Source: an uncultured Eubacteriales bacterium
Lineage (GTDB): Bacteria; Bacillota; Clostridia; Oscillospirales; Acutalibacteraceae
Reading direction: 5' to 3'
Length of the DNA: 64,000 nt
Assembly (NCBI GenBank): GCA_964500965.1
Contig: CAZCQZ010000001.1
Location: 58,168-122,167, forward strand
The notes under the pieces were generated by a model. That model was not told the DNA's origin. It ran no database searches and saw only the letters and a program-made list of their open reading frames with translations. Positions 9,590 to 18,531 of this stretch are shown here, in pieces; within the stretch, counting starts at the first letter, position 1, and each line of letters starts with the position of its first letter. The translations under genes were made by a program, and so were the position numbers.

Positions 9590-9779
9590 TGATAATCCCC
9601 CTCGGATTTGATAATTCCTTTGCTTTATGCGCCAACGCCCACAGGCGTAATATTCTTATATATCTTATACTAACACGTTAAATCTAAAATTGCAATGCAA
9701 AATGTATGAATTTTTCTACATTTTGTAATTTATTTTTTTAACCACCCAACATAGCGTGGCATATTGCAATTATGTTAAC

Positions 9780-10748
9780 TCATACTTTCTGTTTCAAAGC
9801 ATATTCAGGGGTAAAATACGCTTTTCCGGGGTTGGTTACGTCTACTCTGCCCGAATCGTATTCAGACAGTTTGTTTTTGATTATTTCATTTGCAACAATT
9901 ATTTTTTCTTCCAGCTCGGCTCCTGAGCCTATTCTGATAATTATGCGGTTATCATAATATGCATAAAGGTCACCGGCGGACAAATCCAGCTTTGTCGGCG
10001 GCAGCTCGTATTCTTCAAGCAATCCCGTCAGACGCTTCAGAGTTGTAAGTGTGGTTTCATCGGTAACTTCTACGTAATCGCCCGGCTCCGATGCTTTGCC
10101 GATTTCCAGACCTACTATCTCCGGCAGTGCACTTTCGTCAATATATGCCGACTTCATGGGCAGTCCGTAGTTTTGTGCCGGAAGCGCATCGGTTGCCGAT
10201 ATGTCCGTAGGTGATGCTGCCACGTCTGTTTCCGACACCGCACTTTCATCATAGGGCGCCAGCATTTCGAGCAGCTTTCCCTCATTGCTGACAATTACAC
10301 GCATACCGCTTTCTACGGTAATGATGCCTGCCGGCTTTGCTCCTGTAACTTTAATTTTCACGCTTGCCGGAAGCAGTATTTTAATATCACAGCTTTCGAT
10401 ATACGGAAGCTCTTTTTCGATTTTTTCTTCGATTTCGTTAAAATCCAGGGCGAAAATGTTCTGACCGTCTTCAATTCCGGATAGCTCTATTATACGGTCG
10501 GCAGTGTAATATTCTTCGCCGTTTATACTGATATTTATATTGTCAATCTTAAAAAACACCGTCAGAGACAGAGTTATCATAAGTGCCACAAATGCAAAGG
10601 CTATCATTATATATGTAAGTGCCGAGAACAGCTTTGAGCGCGAACGCGATTTCCCTTTCCCGGCTTTTCTGCTTTTATTATTCATATTCCTTTTATTTGT
10701 CCCTGTCTCATTGCGATTTCTCGTTCTGTTATCGTTCTCGTGTGACAT
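9780..10748 (-). CDS. ftsQ: FtsQ/DivIB-type cell division protein
   Basis: Bitopic: a basic N-terminal tail, one TM, then a POTRA-like segment (FKIDNINISINGEEYYTADRIIELSGI). It sits between murA and ftsZ. Start moved to ATG 10748 behind AAAGGGG. Confidence 0.75.
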   Translation of the reverse strand: MSHENDNRTRNRNETGTNKRNMNNKSRKAGKGKSRSRSKLFSALTYIMIAFAFVALMITLSLTVFFKIDNINISINGEEYYTADRIIELSGIEDGQNIFALDFNEIEEKIEKELPYIESCDIKILLPASVKIKVTGAKPAGIITVESGMRVIVSNEGKLLEMLAPYDESAVSETDVAASPTDISATDALPAQNYGLPMKSAYIDESALPEIVGLEIGKASEPGDYVEVTDETTLTTLKRLTGLLEEYELPPTKLDLSAGDLYAYYDNRIIIRIGSGAELEEKIIVANEIIKNKLSEYDSGRVDVTNPGKAYFTPEYALKQKV

Positions 10749-10761
10749 TTTAAACGCCCCT

Positions 10762-12015
10762 TTACTTTCTTTTAATATCCGCTCCCAGTGCCGCAAGGTC
10801 TGCATCAAGAGATTCATAGCCTCTGTCAAGATGACGAAGCCCCCCTACCACTGTAGTACCCTCTGCCGCAAGGCCTGCTATAATCAATGCCGCCGAGCCG
10901 CGTAAATCGGTGGAATCCACCTGTGCTCCGAATAGTCTCGGCACTCCGTCCACAACGGCTACTCTGCCCTCTGTTTTTATCTTTGCCCCCAAACGGCAAA
11001 GCTCCCATATATGTTTGAATCGGTTATCGAATATCGTTTCCACAAATACGCTTGTTCCGCGAGCAACCGTAGTCATAGCCATGATAATTGCCTGCACGTC
11101 TGTGGGGAATCCCGGATATGGCATGGTTCTTATAAATTTGTTCGGGGCAAGATAGCCCGGTGCTGTCAGCTCCAGCTCGTTTTCGGACATTCGCAGAACA
11201 CAGCCGGCTTCCTCAAAAACGGAAAGTACCGGGCTGAGGTGGTCGGTGCACACGCCCTCCAGAGTAATTTTACCCTTTGTTATCGCCGCGGCGGTCATAA
11301 ACGTTGTCGCCTCAATGCGGTCGGGAATGACCGTATGACTGTGCGAATGCAGTTTTTCAACTCCCTCCACCGTAACTCTGCCGCAACCTGCGCCGCTGAT
11401 TTTCGCTCCGCAGGAATTTAAAAAATCGGCAAGGTCGGTTATTTCAGGCTCTCTTGCTGCGTTGGTTATTACCGTAGTTCCCTTTGCGGTAGACGCGGCA
11501 ATTATTATATTTTCGGTCGCTCCTACACTGGGAAAACTGAGGTTCACCGTCGCTCCGTGCAATCCGCCGGGTGCTTCGCACAGTATTTTTCCATGCTTTT
11601 CCTCGATTTGCGCACCCATTTTGCGCAACGCGGAAAGATGCAGGTCAATAGGTCGCGGACCAAGCTCACAGCCGCCGGGCATTGTCAGCTCCGCTTCACC
11701 GAAGCGTGCCAGTATCGCGCCTAAAAAACATATTGACGAGCGCATTTCACGCATGAGATTTTCGGGAATATTAAACCTCTCCGGTTGTGCCGAATCCACA
11801 ATCACCGTACTGCCCTCTGTACTCACCTTACAGCCCAGATATTCAAGTATTTTTGAAGCGGCTTTCACATCGGAAAGCTGCGGACAGTTGTGTATGTAAC
11901 ATTCTCCTCTTGCGGCAAGAGTTGCAGCAAGTATCGGAAGCGCGGCATTTTTTGCTCCGTGAGGTCTGACTTTCCCCGACAGTCTGCGTCCTCCGTGAAT
12001 TATCATTTCCGACAT
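10762..12015 (-). CDS. murA: UDP-N-acetylglucosamine 1-carboxyvinyltransferase
   Basis: IHGGRRLSGKVRPHGAKNAALPILAATL and full-length EPT-family similarity. Start at MSEMII (ATG 12015) behind AAAGGGTG. Confidence 0.93.
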   Translation of the reverse strand: MSEMIIHGGRRLSGKVRPHGAKNAALPILAATLAARGECYIHNCPQLSDVKAASKILEYLGCKVSTEGSTVIVDSAQPERFNIPENLMREMRSSICFLGAILARFGEAELTMPGGCELGPRPIDLHLSALRKMGAQIEEKHGKILCEAPGGLHGATVNLSFPSVGATENIIIAASTAKGTTVITNAAREPEITDLADFLNSCGAKISGAGCGRVTVEGVEKLHSHSHTVIPDRIEATTFMTAAAITKGKITLEGVCTDHLSPVLSVFEEAGCVLRMSENELELTAPGYLAPNKFIRTMPYPGFPTDVQAIIMAMTTVARGTSVFVETIFDNRFKHIWELCRLGAKIKTEGRVAVVDGVPRLFGAQVDSTDLRGSAALIIAGLAAEGTTVVGGLRHLDRGYESLDADLAALGADIKRK

Positions 12016-12085
12016 GGACACGCACCCTTTCAAACAGCATTTGTACCATCATACTATGTTGAAAAGGTGTTTTGGGTGCATCGGG

Positions 12086-13201
12086 TTATTTTGCGTATTT
12101 AATTACTATTTCGTAAATTCTGGCGCAGGCATCGGTTATTGCAAGCTTCTTTGCATTTTCGCCCATAAGATGAAGCTTCTCCCTGTCGGAAGCAAGGTCA
12201 TCAATTTCCTCCATGAGCTTCTCGTAGTTAAGCTCGCTTTCCACAATACACTTAGCGGCATGTCTGTTTACGAGTGCCATTGCGTTGTAGTATTGGTGAT
12301 TTTCCGCGACATTCGGTGAGGGGATAAGGATTGACGGCTTTCCCTGTGCCTCGATTTCCGAAAGTGTCATAGAGCCTGAACGACAAATCACCAAGTCCAC
12401 CGCCGCAAGCACACGGGGCATATCGTTTATGTATTCGCGCACATCAAGGTTATCGCACTTTTCAAGGTCGATGCCCTCGGAGGCAAGGGTTTCAGGTACA
12501 AACGAGCCGTACTGACCGTAGCCGTGGATATGGTTATATTTTCCGTCCTTTGCGCTGCGTTTAAGAAGTCCCAGCATGGATTCGTTAATTGTACGTGCTC
12601 CCAGCGAGCCGCCGAAAGACAGGATAAGAGGTCTGTCATCAACGCCCAGCTCGCGCCGTGCCTGCTCCCTGTCATAGGTAAGCATCTCTGAACGAATCGG
12701 GTTTCCCGTAACCACAAACTCACGGGCATCCTTTATGCGCTTTTGAGCGTCCTCAACTGCTACCATTACGCATTTTGCATCGGGTGCGAGCATTTTTGTG
12801 GTCATTCCGGGAAATGCATTTGATTCGTGGATAATCACAGGCACACCCATTTTTGCCGCTTTTCTGAGTATGGGACCTGCAACATAACCCCCTGTGCCTA
12901 TGGCAATATCGGGCTTGAATTTCTCGATTATCTCCTTTGCGCGCTTTGACGAATTGGCAAGATACCACGCCGCCTGTGCGTTGCGCTTGACGTTTGTGAG
13001 GGAAATCTTTCTCTGGAAGCCCGCAACTTTCATGCTTTCAAAGCTGTACCCCTGTGCCGGCACGAGCTTTGCTTCCATGCCCCAAGGCGTACCTACAAAA
13101 AGTATTTCAGCATCGGGCTGCTGTTCTTTTATATAACCTGCAATCGCAATTGCCGGGTTAATATGTCCGGCTGTACCGCCGCCTGCCAGTAATACTCTCA
13201 T
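12086..13201 (-). CDS. murG: undecaprenyldiphospho-muramoylpentapeptide beta-N-acetylglucosaminyltransferase
   Basis: MRVLLAGGGTAGHINPAIAIA N-terminus. 371 aa, GT28 architecture. Confidence 0.93.
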   Translation of the reverse strand: MRVLLAGGGTAGHINPAIAIAGYIKEQQPDAEILFVGTPWGMEAKLVPAQGYSFESMKVAGFQRKISLTNVKRNAQAAWYLANSSKRAKEIIEKFKPDIAIGTGGYVAGPILRKAAKMGVPVIIHESNAFPGMTTKMLAPDAKCVMVAVEDAQKRIKDAREFVVTGNPIRSEMLTYDREQARRELGVDDRPLILSFGGSLGARTINESMLGLLKRSAKDGKYNHIHGYGQYGSFVPETLASEGIDLEKCDNLDVREYINDMPRVLAAVDLVICRSGSMTLSEIEAQGKPSILIPSPNVAENHQYYNAMALVNRHAAKCIVESELNYEKLMEEIDDLASDREKLHLMGENAKKLAITDACARIYEIVIKYAK

Positions 13202-13241
13202 ATTATATAACCACCTTTTATCTACTCCATTGCTCCGTTAA

Positions 13242-14489
13242 TCAGAGCATGGCTTTATTTGCAGCTCCCCGGCTGACCGACAGGAGCAAACCTACAGAAA
13301 TCAACAGCATGACAAGTGCCGTTCCTCCGTACGAGAAAAACGGCAGGCTTATGCCGGTATTCGGCAGTACTCTTGTCACTACCGAAATATTGAGAAGCGT
13401 TTGCCACGCAACCTGCGCAACTACTCCCACTCCCAGCAGGCGTGCAAAACGGTCGGGGTTTGACATGCTGACGACCAGTCCGCGCCATACGAATACGGCA
13501 AACATCAGTATTATCACAACCGCTCCGACAAAGCCCAGTTCTTCACCGATTACCGCAAAGATAAAGTCATTTTGCGGCTCGGAAATATACAGATATTTCT
13601 GCCTGGAATTTCCCAGGCCCTGACCCAACAAGCCTCCCAATGCCAGTGCATAGTGAGCCTGAATGTTCTGCCAGCCCTCGCTAAGTCCGTTGCTTCCGTC
13701 ATTATAAGGGTCTTTCCACACGGTAATACGCATTTTCATATAATCCGTGCCGAATATTACTATCGCGCCTAAAACGACGGCTACGGCAACAATCACCACA
13801 ATCCACTTTTTCGGTGTGCCGCCTACAAACATAAGCGTTATGGCAATGAGACACATAAGCACAAAGCAGGAAAGGTGAGTTTCTACGACAGTCAATCCGG
13901 CAATGATGATAATGACCGGCGCACATCTCAGCACTCCGTACCTCAAACTCTGCACTCGCCATGAGTTTTTCGACAAATACTTCGCAAGATAAACAATTAT
14001 CGCAAGCTTTCCTATTTCGGAGGGCTGAAAAGAAAATCCGCCTATTCTTATCCATCTTTTCTGTCCCTCATTCGACACAACCAGCACTAAAAAGAGCAGA
14101 ATCACCGCTGTTGCGACGATATACTTCGATGCCCGTTTAATAAACCACATGGGAAGAAGCGATGCAATCAGCATGGCAATAATACCGAAAATCGCAAACA
14201 GTGCCTGTCTTCTGAGATAATAGGTACTGTCTCCGTTTTGATAATACTCGGCATAGTCATAGCTGGCTGAATACATCATCAGTACGCCCACTGCCAACAG
14301 CAACATGGTTATCACCAACGTCCAGATGTCAAAGCCCATGCTCCTGTCGGTTGCGGTTATATACATCTGGCTCACAAGCAGTTTGAAGCGTTCTTTGAAG
14401 CTCAGCTTTGCAATCTCCTCGTCTATGCTGCTGCCCGATTCTTTTCTGCCGCCCATTCTGAGCGTCTTTGTTCTTTCCTGTGCTGTCAT
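13242..14489 (-). CDS. ftsW: SEDS-family peptidoglycan polymerase FtsW/SpoVE
   Basis: Polytopic protein. SEPQNDFIFAVIGEELGF and PFFSYGGTA motifs. dcw position. Confidence 0.9.
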   Translation of the reverse strand: MTAQERTKTLRMGGRKESGSSIDEEIAKLSFKERFKLLVSQMYITATDRSMGFDIWTLVITMLLLAVGVLMMYSASYDYAEYYQNGDSTYYLRRQALFAIFGIIAMLIASLLPMWFIKRASKYIVATAVILLFLVLVVSNEGQKRWIRIGGFSFQPSEIGKLAIIVYLAKYLSKNSWRVQSLRYGVLRCAPVIIIIAGLTVVETHLSCFVLMCLIAITLMFVGGTPKKWIVVIVAVAVVLGAIVIFGTDYMKMRITVWKDPYNDGSNGLSEGWQNIQAHYALALGGLLGQGLGNSRQKYLYISEPQNDFIFAVIGEELGFVGAVVIILMFAVFVWRGLVVSMSNPDRFARLLGVGVVAQVAWQTLLNISVVTRVLPNTGISLPFFSYGGTALVMLLISVGLLLSVSRGAANKAML

Positions 14490-14525
14490 TATCGTTCCCT
14501 TCCTTTCGTTTTTATGTTTTTACTT

Positions 14526-15548
14526 CTAGCCCAAAGCGGTCAGTAAACATGCAATTCCGCCGCCGATAATCGTAACGATGCTGAATACGGTAACAATTTT
14601 CACTTCCGACCAGCCGCTCATTTCAAAGCTGTGATGTATCGGGGTCATTTTGAATATTCGCTTTCCGTGTGTAAGCTTAAAATACGTAGTCTGTATCATA
14701 ACCGAGCCGGTTTCGCACAGATATATTATACCCACAAGCGGAATGAGTATGGGCATATCACAGGCAAAGGCAACTGCGCAGAACATGCCGCCGAGATATA
14801 ATGAACCTGTATCACCCATGAAAACCTTTGCCGGATAGAAGTTCCAGATGAGGAATCCGAGACAGCCGCCTGCAACGGCTGCCGCCCAAATGCCTACATG
14901 GAACATACCGTGCATTACCGCTATGAGCATAAAGCACAGCAAGGCAAAAAAGGTTACCGAACCGCAAAGTCCGTCAATACCGTCGGTCAGATTCACCGCA
15001 TTTACAAAACCGACAATCATAACAAGAGCAATGATATAAAACCATATGCCCAGCTCGACATTTCCGACAAAAGGTATGTAGGTGCTTCCCGCTCCCTTTT
15101 CGGCAATTCCCATAGCCGCAAGATAACCGCCGGCAGACAGAAATTGCATTGCAAATTTCTGCTTGACCGTCAAACCTGTGTTTTCCTTGTGCTTTATGCT
15201 TATATAATCATCAAGGAAGCCCATGACTCCGCACAAAAGCCCGAACACTATACCTGCCCAGAATTTTACGCCCTGAACAGTATTCATGCTATAGGTCTTC
15301 GCCATCACGAAGAATCCCGGCACACACAGTGCTACGGCAACGGTAATACCGCCTATAAACATTATACCGCCCATAGTGGGTGTGCCCTGTTTCTTTTGGT
15401 GCCACGTCGGTCCGATTTCCTTAATGGTCTGACCGAATTTCAGCTTTGTAAGCCAGGGAATAAGCATTTTTCCCAATATCGCCGATACTCCGAAAGCTAT
15501 GGCTGCCGCCGCTACGCTCATTATCGCATAAGCACTGGTTGCCGACAT
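14526..15548 (-). CDS. mraY: phospho-N-acetylmuramoyl-pentapeptide transferase
   Basis: 340-aa polytopic protein. NAVNLTDGIDGL and FMGDTGSL motifs. Confidence 0.93.
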   Translation of the reverse strand: MSATSAYAIMSVAAAAIAFGVSAILGKMLIPWLTKLKFGQTIKEIGPTWHQKKQGTPTMGGIMFIGGITVAVALCVPGFFVMAKTYSMNTVQGVKFWAGIVFGLLCGVMGFLDDYISIKHKENTGLTVKQKFAMQFLSAGGYLAAMGIAEKGAGSTYIPFVGNVELGIWFYIIALVMIVGFVNAVNLTDGIDGLCGSVTFFALLCFMLIAVMHGMFHVGIWAAAVAGGCLGFLIWNFYPAKVFMGDTGSLYLGGMFCAVAFACDMPILIPLVGIIYLCETGSVMIQTTYFKLTHGKRIFKMTPIHHSFEMSGWSEVKIVTVFSIVTIIGGGIACLLTALG

Positions 15549-15587
15549 ATTTATCCGTCCTTTGCAATTATTTTTGGCGTGTATACA

Positions 15588-16952
15588 TCAGAGAGCTTCT
15601 CTCAGCTTCTCTATAACCTGTTCAAGTTGTACGCTGCGGCTGGCTTTGAACAACACCGCATCGCCTGCTTCAATCGTTTCTGCCAATGCTGCGGCAAGAG
15701 ATTCTCTATCCGCAAAAAGCCTTGTGTTTCCGTCTGCGGTAAGCTTTGAAGCCCCTTTTATATAGCAGGCGGCATTTTCTCCGCCTACAGCCCAGAGCAT
15801 ATCCACTCCGCATTTATCCGCCCATTCTCCGCAAAGCGTATGTCCCTTTGTTCCGTAATCGCCAAGCTCCATCATCTCGCCCAGCACCGCTATTCTTCTG
15901 CCCGTGCATTTCAGCGATGTCAGCACGCTCATGGAAGCCTTTATGGAGTCGGGGCTTGCGTTGTAGCAATCCTCAATAAAGGTTATTCCTTTATAGTCAA
16001 CTATCTTCTGTCTCATTCCCGACGGAACATAATCTTCAAGTCCTGCCAGGCACTGCTCATCGGTAAGACCGAGTATTCTGCCCACGGCATAAGCGGCAAG
16101 TGCATTATATACATTATGTCTGCCTACAGCCGGTATTCTGACAAAAGAAAACTCTCCCTGCCAGCAAAGTGAAAACTCCATACCGTTATCGGTCTGTACT
16201 ATGTTTTTCGCACAGCAATCGGCATTATTCTCTATTCCGTAGGTTATTACCGGGTTTTCAATCCGCTCTTTTGCGCTCATAAGCATATCGTCATCGGCAT
16301 TGAGCAGAAGCGGTGCATCTTTTTCCATACCCTCAAGTATTTCAAGCTTTGCCTGCAAAATACCTTCTCGGCTTTTGAGATTTTCAATATGAGCCACACC
16401 GATATTCGTAATAATTCCCACTGTGGGACGGGCTATTCTTGTAAGACGTGATATTTCTCCCAGATTATTCATGCCCATTTCGAGCACTGCCGCCGTGTGC
16501 TTTTCTTCAAGCTGAAGGCACATTCTGGGAAGTCCGATGTCGTTATTAAGATTTCCCTGAGTTGCAAGCACCTCGTACTTTTTGCGCAGGACTGCCGCGA
16601 CCATTTCCTTTGTAGTCGTCTTTCCTACCGAGCCCGTAAGCCCGACAACCGGGATATTTTTCTTTCCTCTGTAGTATGCCGCAAGGTCGATAAGCGCCTG
16701 TCTTGTGTCATCAACCTTAATAACAGGGCATTTGATTCCCTCCGTTTCACGGCTTACCATTACGCACGCCGCGCCGTTTTCGGAAGCCTGTGCCGCAAAA
16801 TCGTTGCCGTCAAACCTGTCTCCCTTTATGGCTATATACAGACAGCCCTTTGTGGCTGCACGGCTGTCAATCACAACGTCTGTATACTGTGCATCGGCTG
16901 AATATTCGCCGCCCGTTGCCGCCGCAGTTTCGCTTGCAGTCATCAACATCAT
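15588..16952 (-). CDS. murF: UDP-MurNAc-tripeptide--D-alanyl-D-alanine ligase
   Basis: Mur ligase P-loop GLTGSVGKTTTKE. 454 aa. The start abuts the murE stop. Confidence 0.92.
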   Translation of the reverse strand: MMLMTASETAAATGGEYSADAQYTDVVIDSRAATKGCLYIAIKGDRFDGNDFAAQASENGAACVMVSRETEGIKCPVIKVDDTRQALIDLAAYYRGKKNIPVVGLTGSVGKTTTKEMVAAVLRKKYEVLATQGNLNNDIGLPRMCLQLEEKHTAAVLEMGMNNLGEISRLTRIARPTVGIITNIGVAHIENLKSREGILQAKLEILEGMEKDAPLLLNADDDMLMSAKERIENPVITYGIENNADCCAKNIVQTDNGMEFSLCWQGEFSFVRIPAVGRHNVYNALAAYAVGRILGLTDEQCLAGLEDYVPSGMRQKIVDYKGITFIEDCYNASPDSIKASMSVLTSLKCTGRRIAVLGEMMELGDYGTKGHTLCGEWADKCGVDMLWAVGGENAACYIKGASKLTADGNTRLFADRESLAAALAETIEAGDAVLFKASRSVQLEQVIEKLREAL

Positions 16953-16953
16953 T

Positions 16954-18414
16954 TTACTTTTCCTCCGCGCTCAGCTTTTCAAACACCTGCGCAAGTATCT
17001 CGCGCTCATCGAAATGGTGCTTCGTCTTTCCGATTATCTGGTAATCCTCATGTCCCTTACCTGCCAGGACGATAACATCGTTTTCACGCGCGTTGCGCAC
17101 CGCATATTCAATGGCATCGCGACGGTTTTCGATTACCGTATACGGGGTATCGTGCTCTTTAACACCCGGCAGAATTTGCTCTATAATACTCATCGGCTCC
17201 TCTGTTCTGGGATTATCGGAGGTGACAATCACAAAATCCGCAAGCCTTGCGGCAGTCTCGCCCATAATAGGTCTTTTCAGAGGATCTCTGTCACCGCCGC
17301 AGCCTATGAGAATAACCAGTCTTCCGTTTTTATTCATAACCGCACGCATCGCCGTCAAAATATTCGCCACTCCGTCCGGCGCGTGGGCATAGTCGATTAT
17401 CACGGTGTACGGCTTATCGGTGGGGTAAACCTCCGCTCTGCCCTTTACGCCTCGGCAGGTTGAAAGAGCTTCAAGTGCCACCGGGAACGGTATTCCCACA
17501 TTCAGCGCACAGCAGAAAGCCGAAAGCGCGTTATGCACCGAAAACTCACCGGGGATAGGTATGCTTGCCTTACCGCTCATGCCCTTAAAGGTCACATCGA
17601 AGCTGACGCCGTCAGCCCGGTATTCAACATTCGTTGCTCTGCATTCCGCCTTGGGATTGTTAACTCCGTATTTTATACTGCGCACATTGTCGGGCAACAC
17701 TATCTTCCGGCACCATTCATCGTCCATATTCAGAGAGGTGGCGCGGCTCATATTGAATATACGGCATTTAACCGCAAAATAGCGTTCCATTGTTCCGTGA
17801 ACGTCAAGGTGATCCTGAGTGAGATTTGTAAAACAGCTTGTTTCAAATTTAAGTCCCGCAACTCTGCCCTGCTCTATCGCCTGTGAGGAAACCTCCATAA
17901 GGCAGAAATCGCATTTTGCATCGCGCATCTTCGCAAACATTCCGTGAAGCTCAAAGGTTTCGGGTGTAGTATACTCGGTCGGGATTACCTCATCGCCTAT
18001 CATATTGCAGATTGTTCCGATTAGTCCGACCTTGTAGCCGCTTTTTTCAAGAACGTTTTTCAAAATGTAGGTAGTCGATGTTTTGCCGTTTGTTCCTGTC
18101 ACACCAACGAGGCGAAGCTTTGCAAGGGGATTGCCATACCAGTTTTCGCTTATAGTCGCAAAGGCGCTGAGGGTATCGCGCACCCATACTTTCTGCGGCA
18201 AATCCAGCTCCTGCTCACACAGTATCGCCGCCGCCCCTGCTTCTGCCGCCGCCTGTGCATAATCGTGACCGTCCGAACGCATTCCTTTTATGCACACAAA
18301 CATGCAGCCGGGCGTAACCTTGCGTGAATCGGAGGTTATTCCGGTAATCTCAACATTTTTCAAATCAAGCTTCGTATCGCAGGCAAGCCCTGCAAGAAGA
18401 TTGTATAAAAGCAT
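16954..18414 (-). CDS. murE: UDP-MurNAc-L-Ala-D-Glu--2,6-diaminopimelate (or L-Lys) ligase
   Basis: GVTGTNGKTSTTY P-loop. 486 aa, Mur ligase architecture. The DNPR motif (TSDNPRTE) favours meso-DAP type. Confidence 0.92.
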   Translation of the reverse strand: MLLYNLLAGLACDTKLDLKNVEITGITSDSRKVTPGCMFVCIKGMRSDGHDYAQAAAEAGAAAILCEQELDLPQKVWVRDTLSAFATISENWYGNPLAKLRLVGVTGTNGKTSTTYILKNVLEKSGYKVGLIGTICNMIGDEVIPTEYTTPETFELHGMFAKMRDAKCDFCLMEVSSQAIEQGRVAGLKFETSCFTNLTQDHLDVHGTMERYFAVKCRIFNMSRATSLNMDDEWCRKIVLPDNVRSIKYGVNNPKAECRATNVEYRADGVSFDVTFKGMSGKASIPIPGEFSVHNALSAFCCALNVGIPFPVALEALSTCRGVKGRAEVYPTDKPYTVIIDYAHAPDGVANILTAMRAVMNKNGRLVILIGCGGDRDPLKRPIMGETAARLADFVIVTSDNPRTEEPMSIIEQILPGVKEHDTPYTVIENRRDAIEYAVRNARENDVIVLAGKGHEDYQIIGKTKHHFDEREILAQVFEKLSAEEK

Positions 18415-18531
18415 TTATATCCACTGCTTTCCGATTATTTTTGCCCGGTGTCGGTCATCGACCGACACCGCGCCGCTTAACAGATGAATTATACTATATA
18501 TTGTCTGTAAACGCAAGGAAAATCAGCACAT

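Noticed and set aside
14898-15749. 283-aa plus-strand ORF, with similar long ORFs at 16705..17463, 19399..20310, 31270..32016, 40227..41054 and 47568..48242.
   Set aside because: All lie fully antisense to confidently identified genes (mraY/murF, murF/murE, PBP, typA, glgP, 2HADH). Their translations are low-complexity with skewed composition. They have no RBS and no recognisable motifs. They are typical shadow ORFs.
18446-18470. Perfect 11-bp hairpin CGGTGTCGGTC-atc-GACCGACACCG between the PBP gene and murE, considered as an intra-operon terminator.
   Set aside because: There is no U-tract on the transcribed (minus) strand. It may be a processing or stability element, but I cannot support a terminator call.
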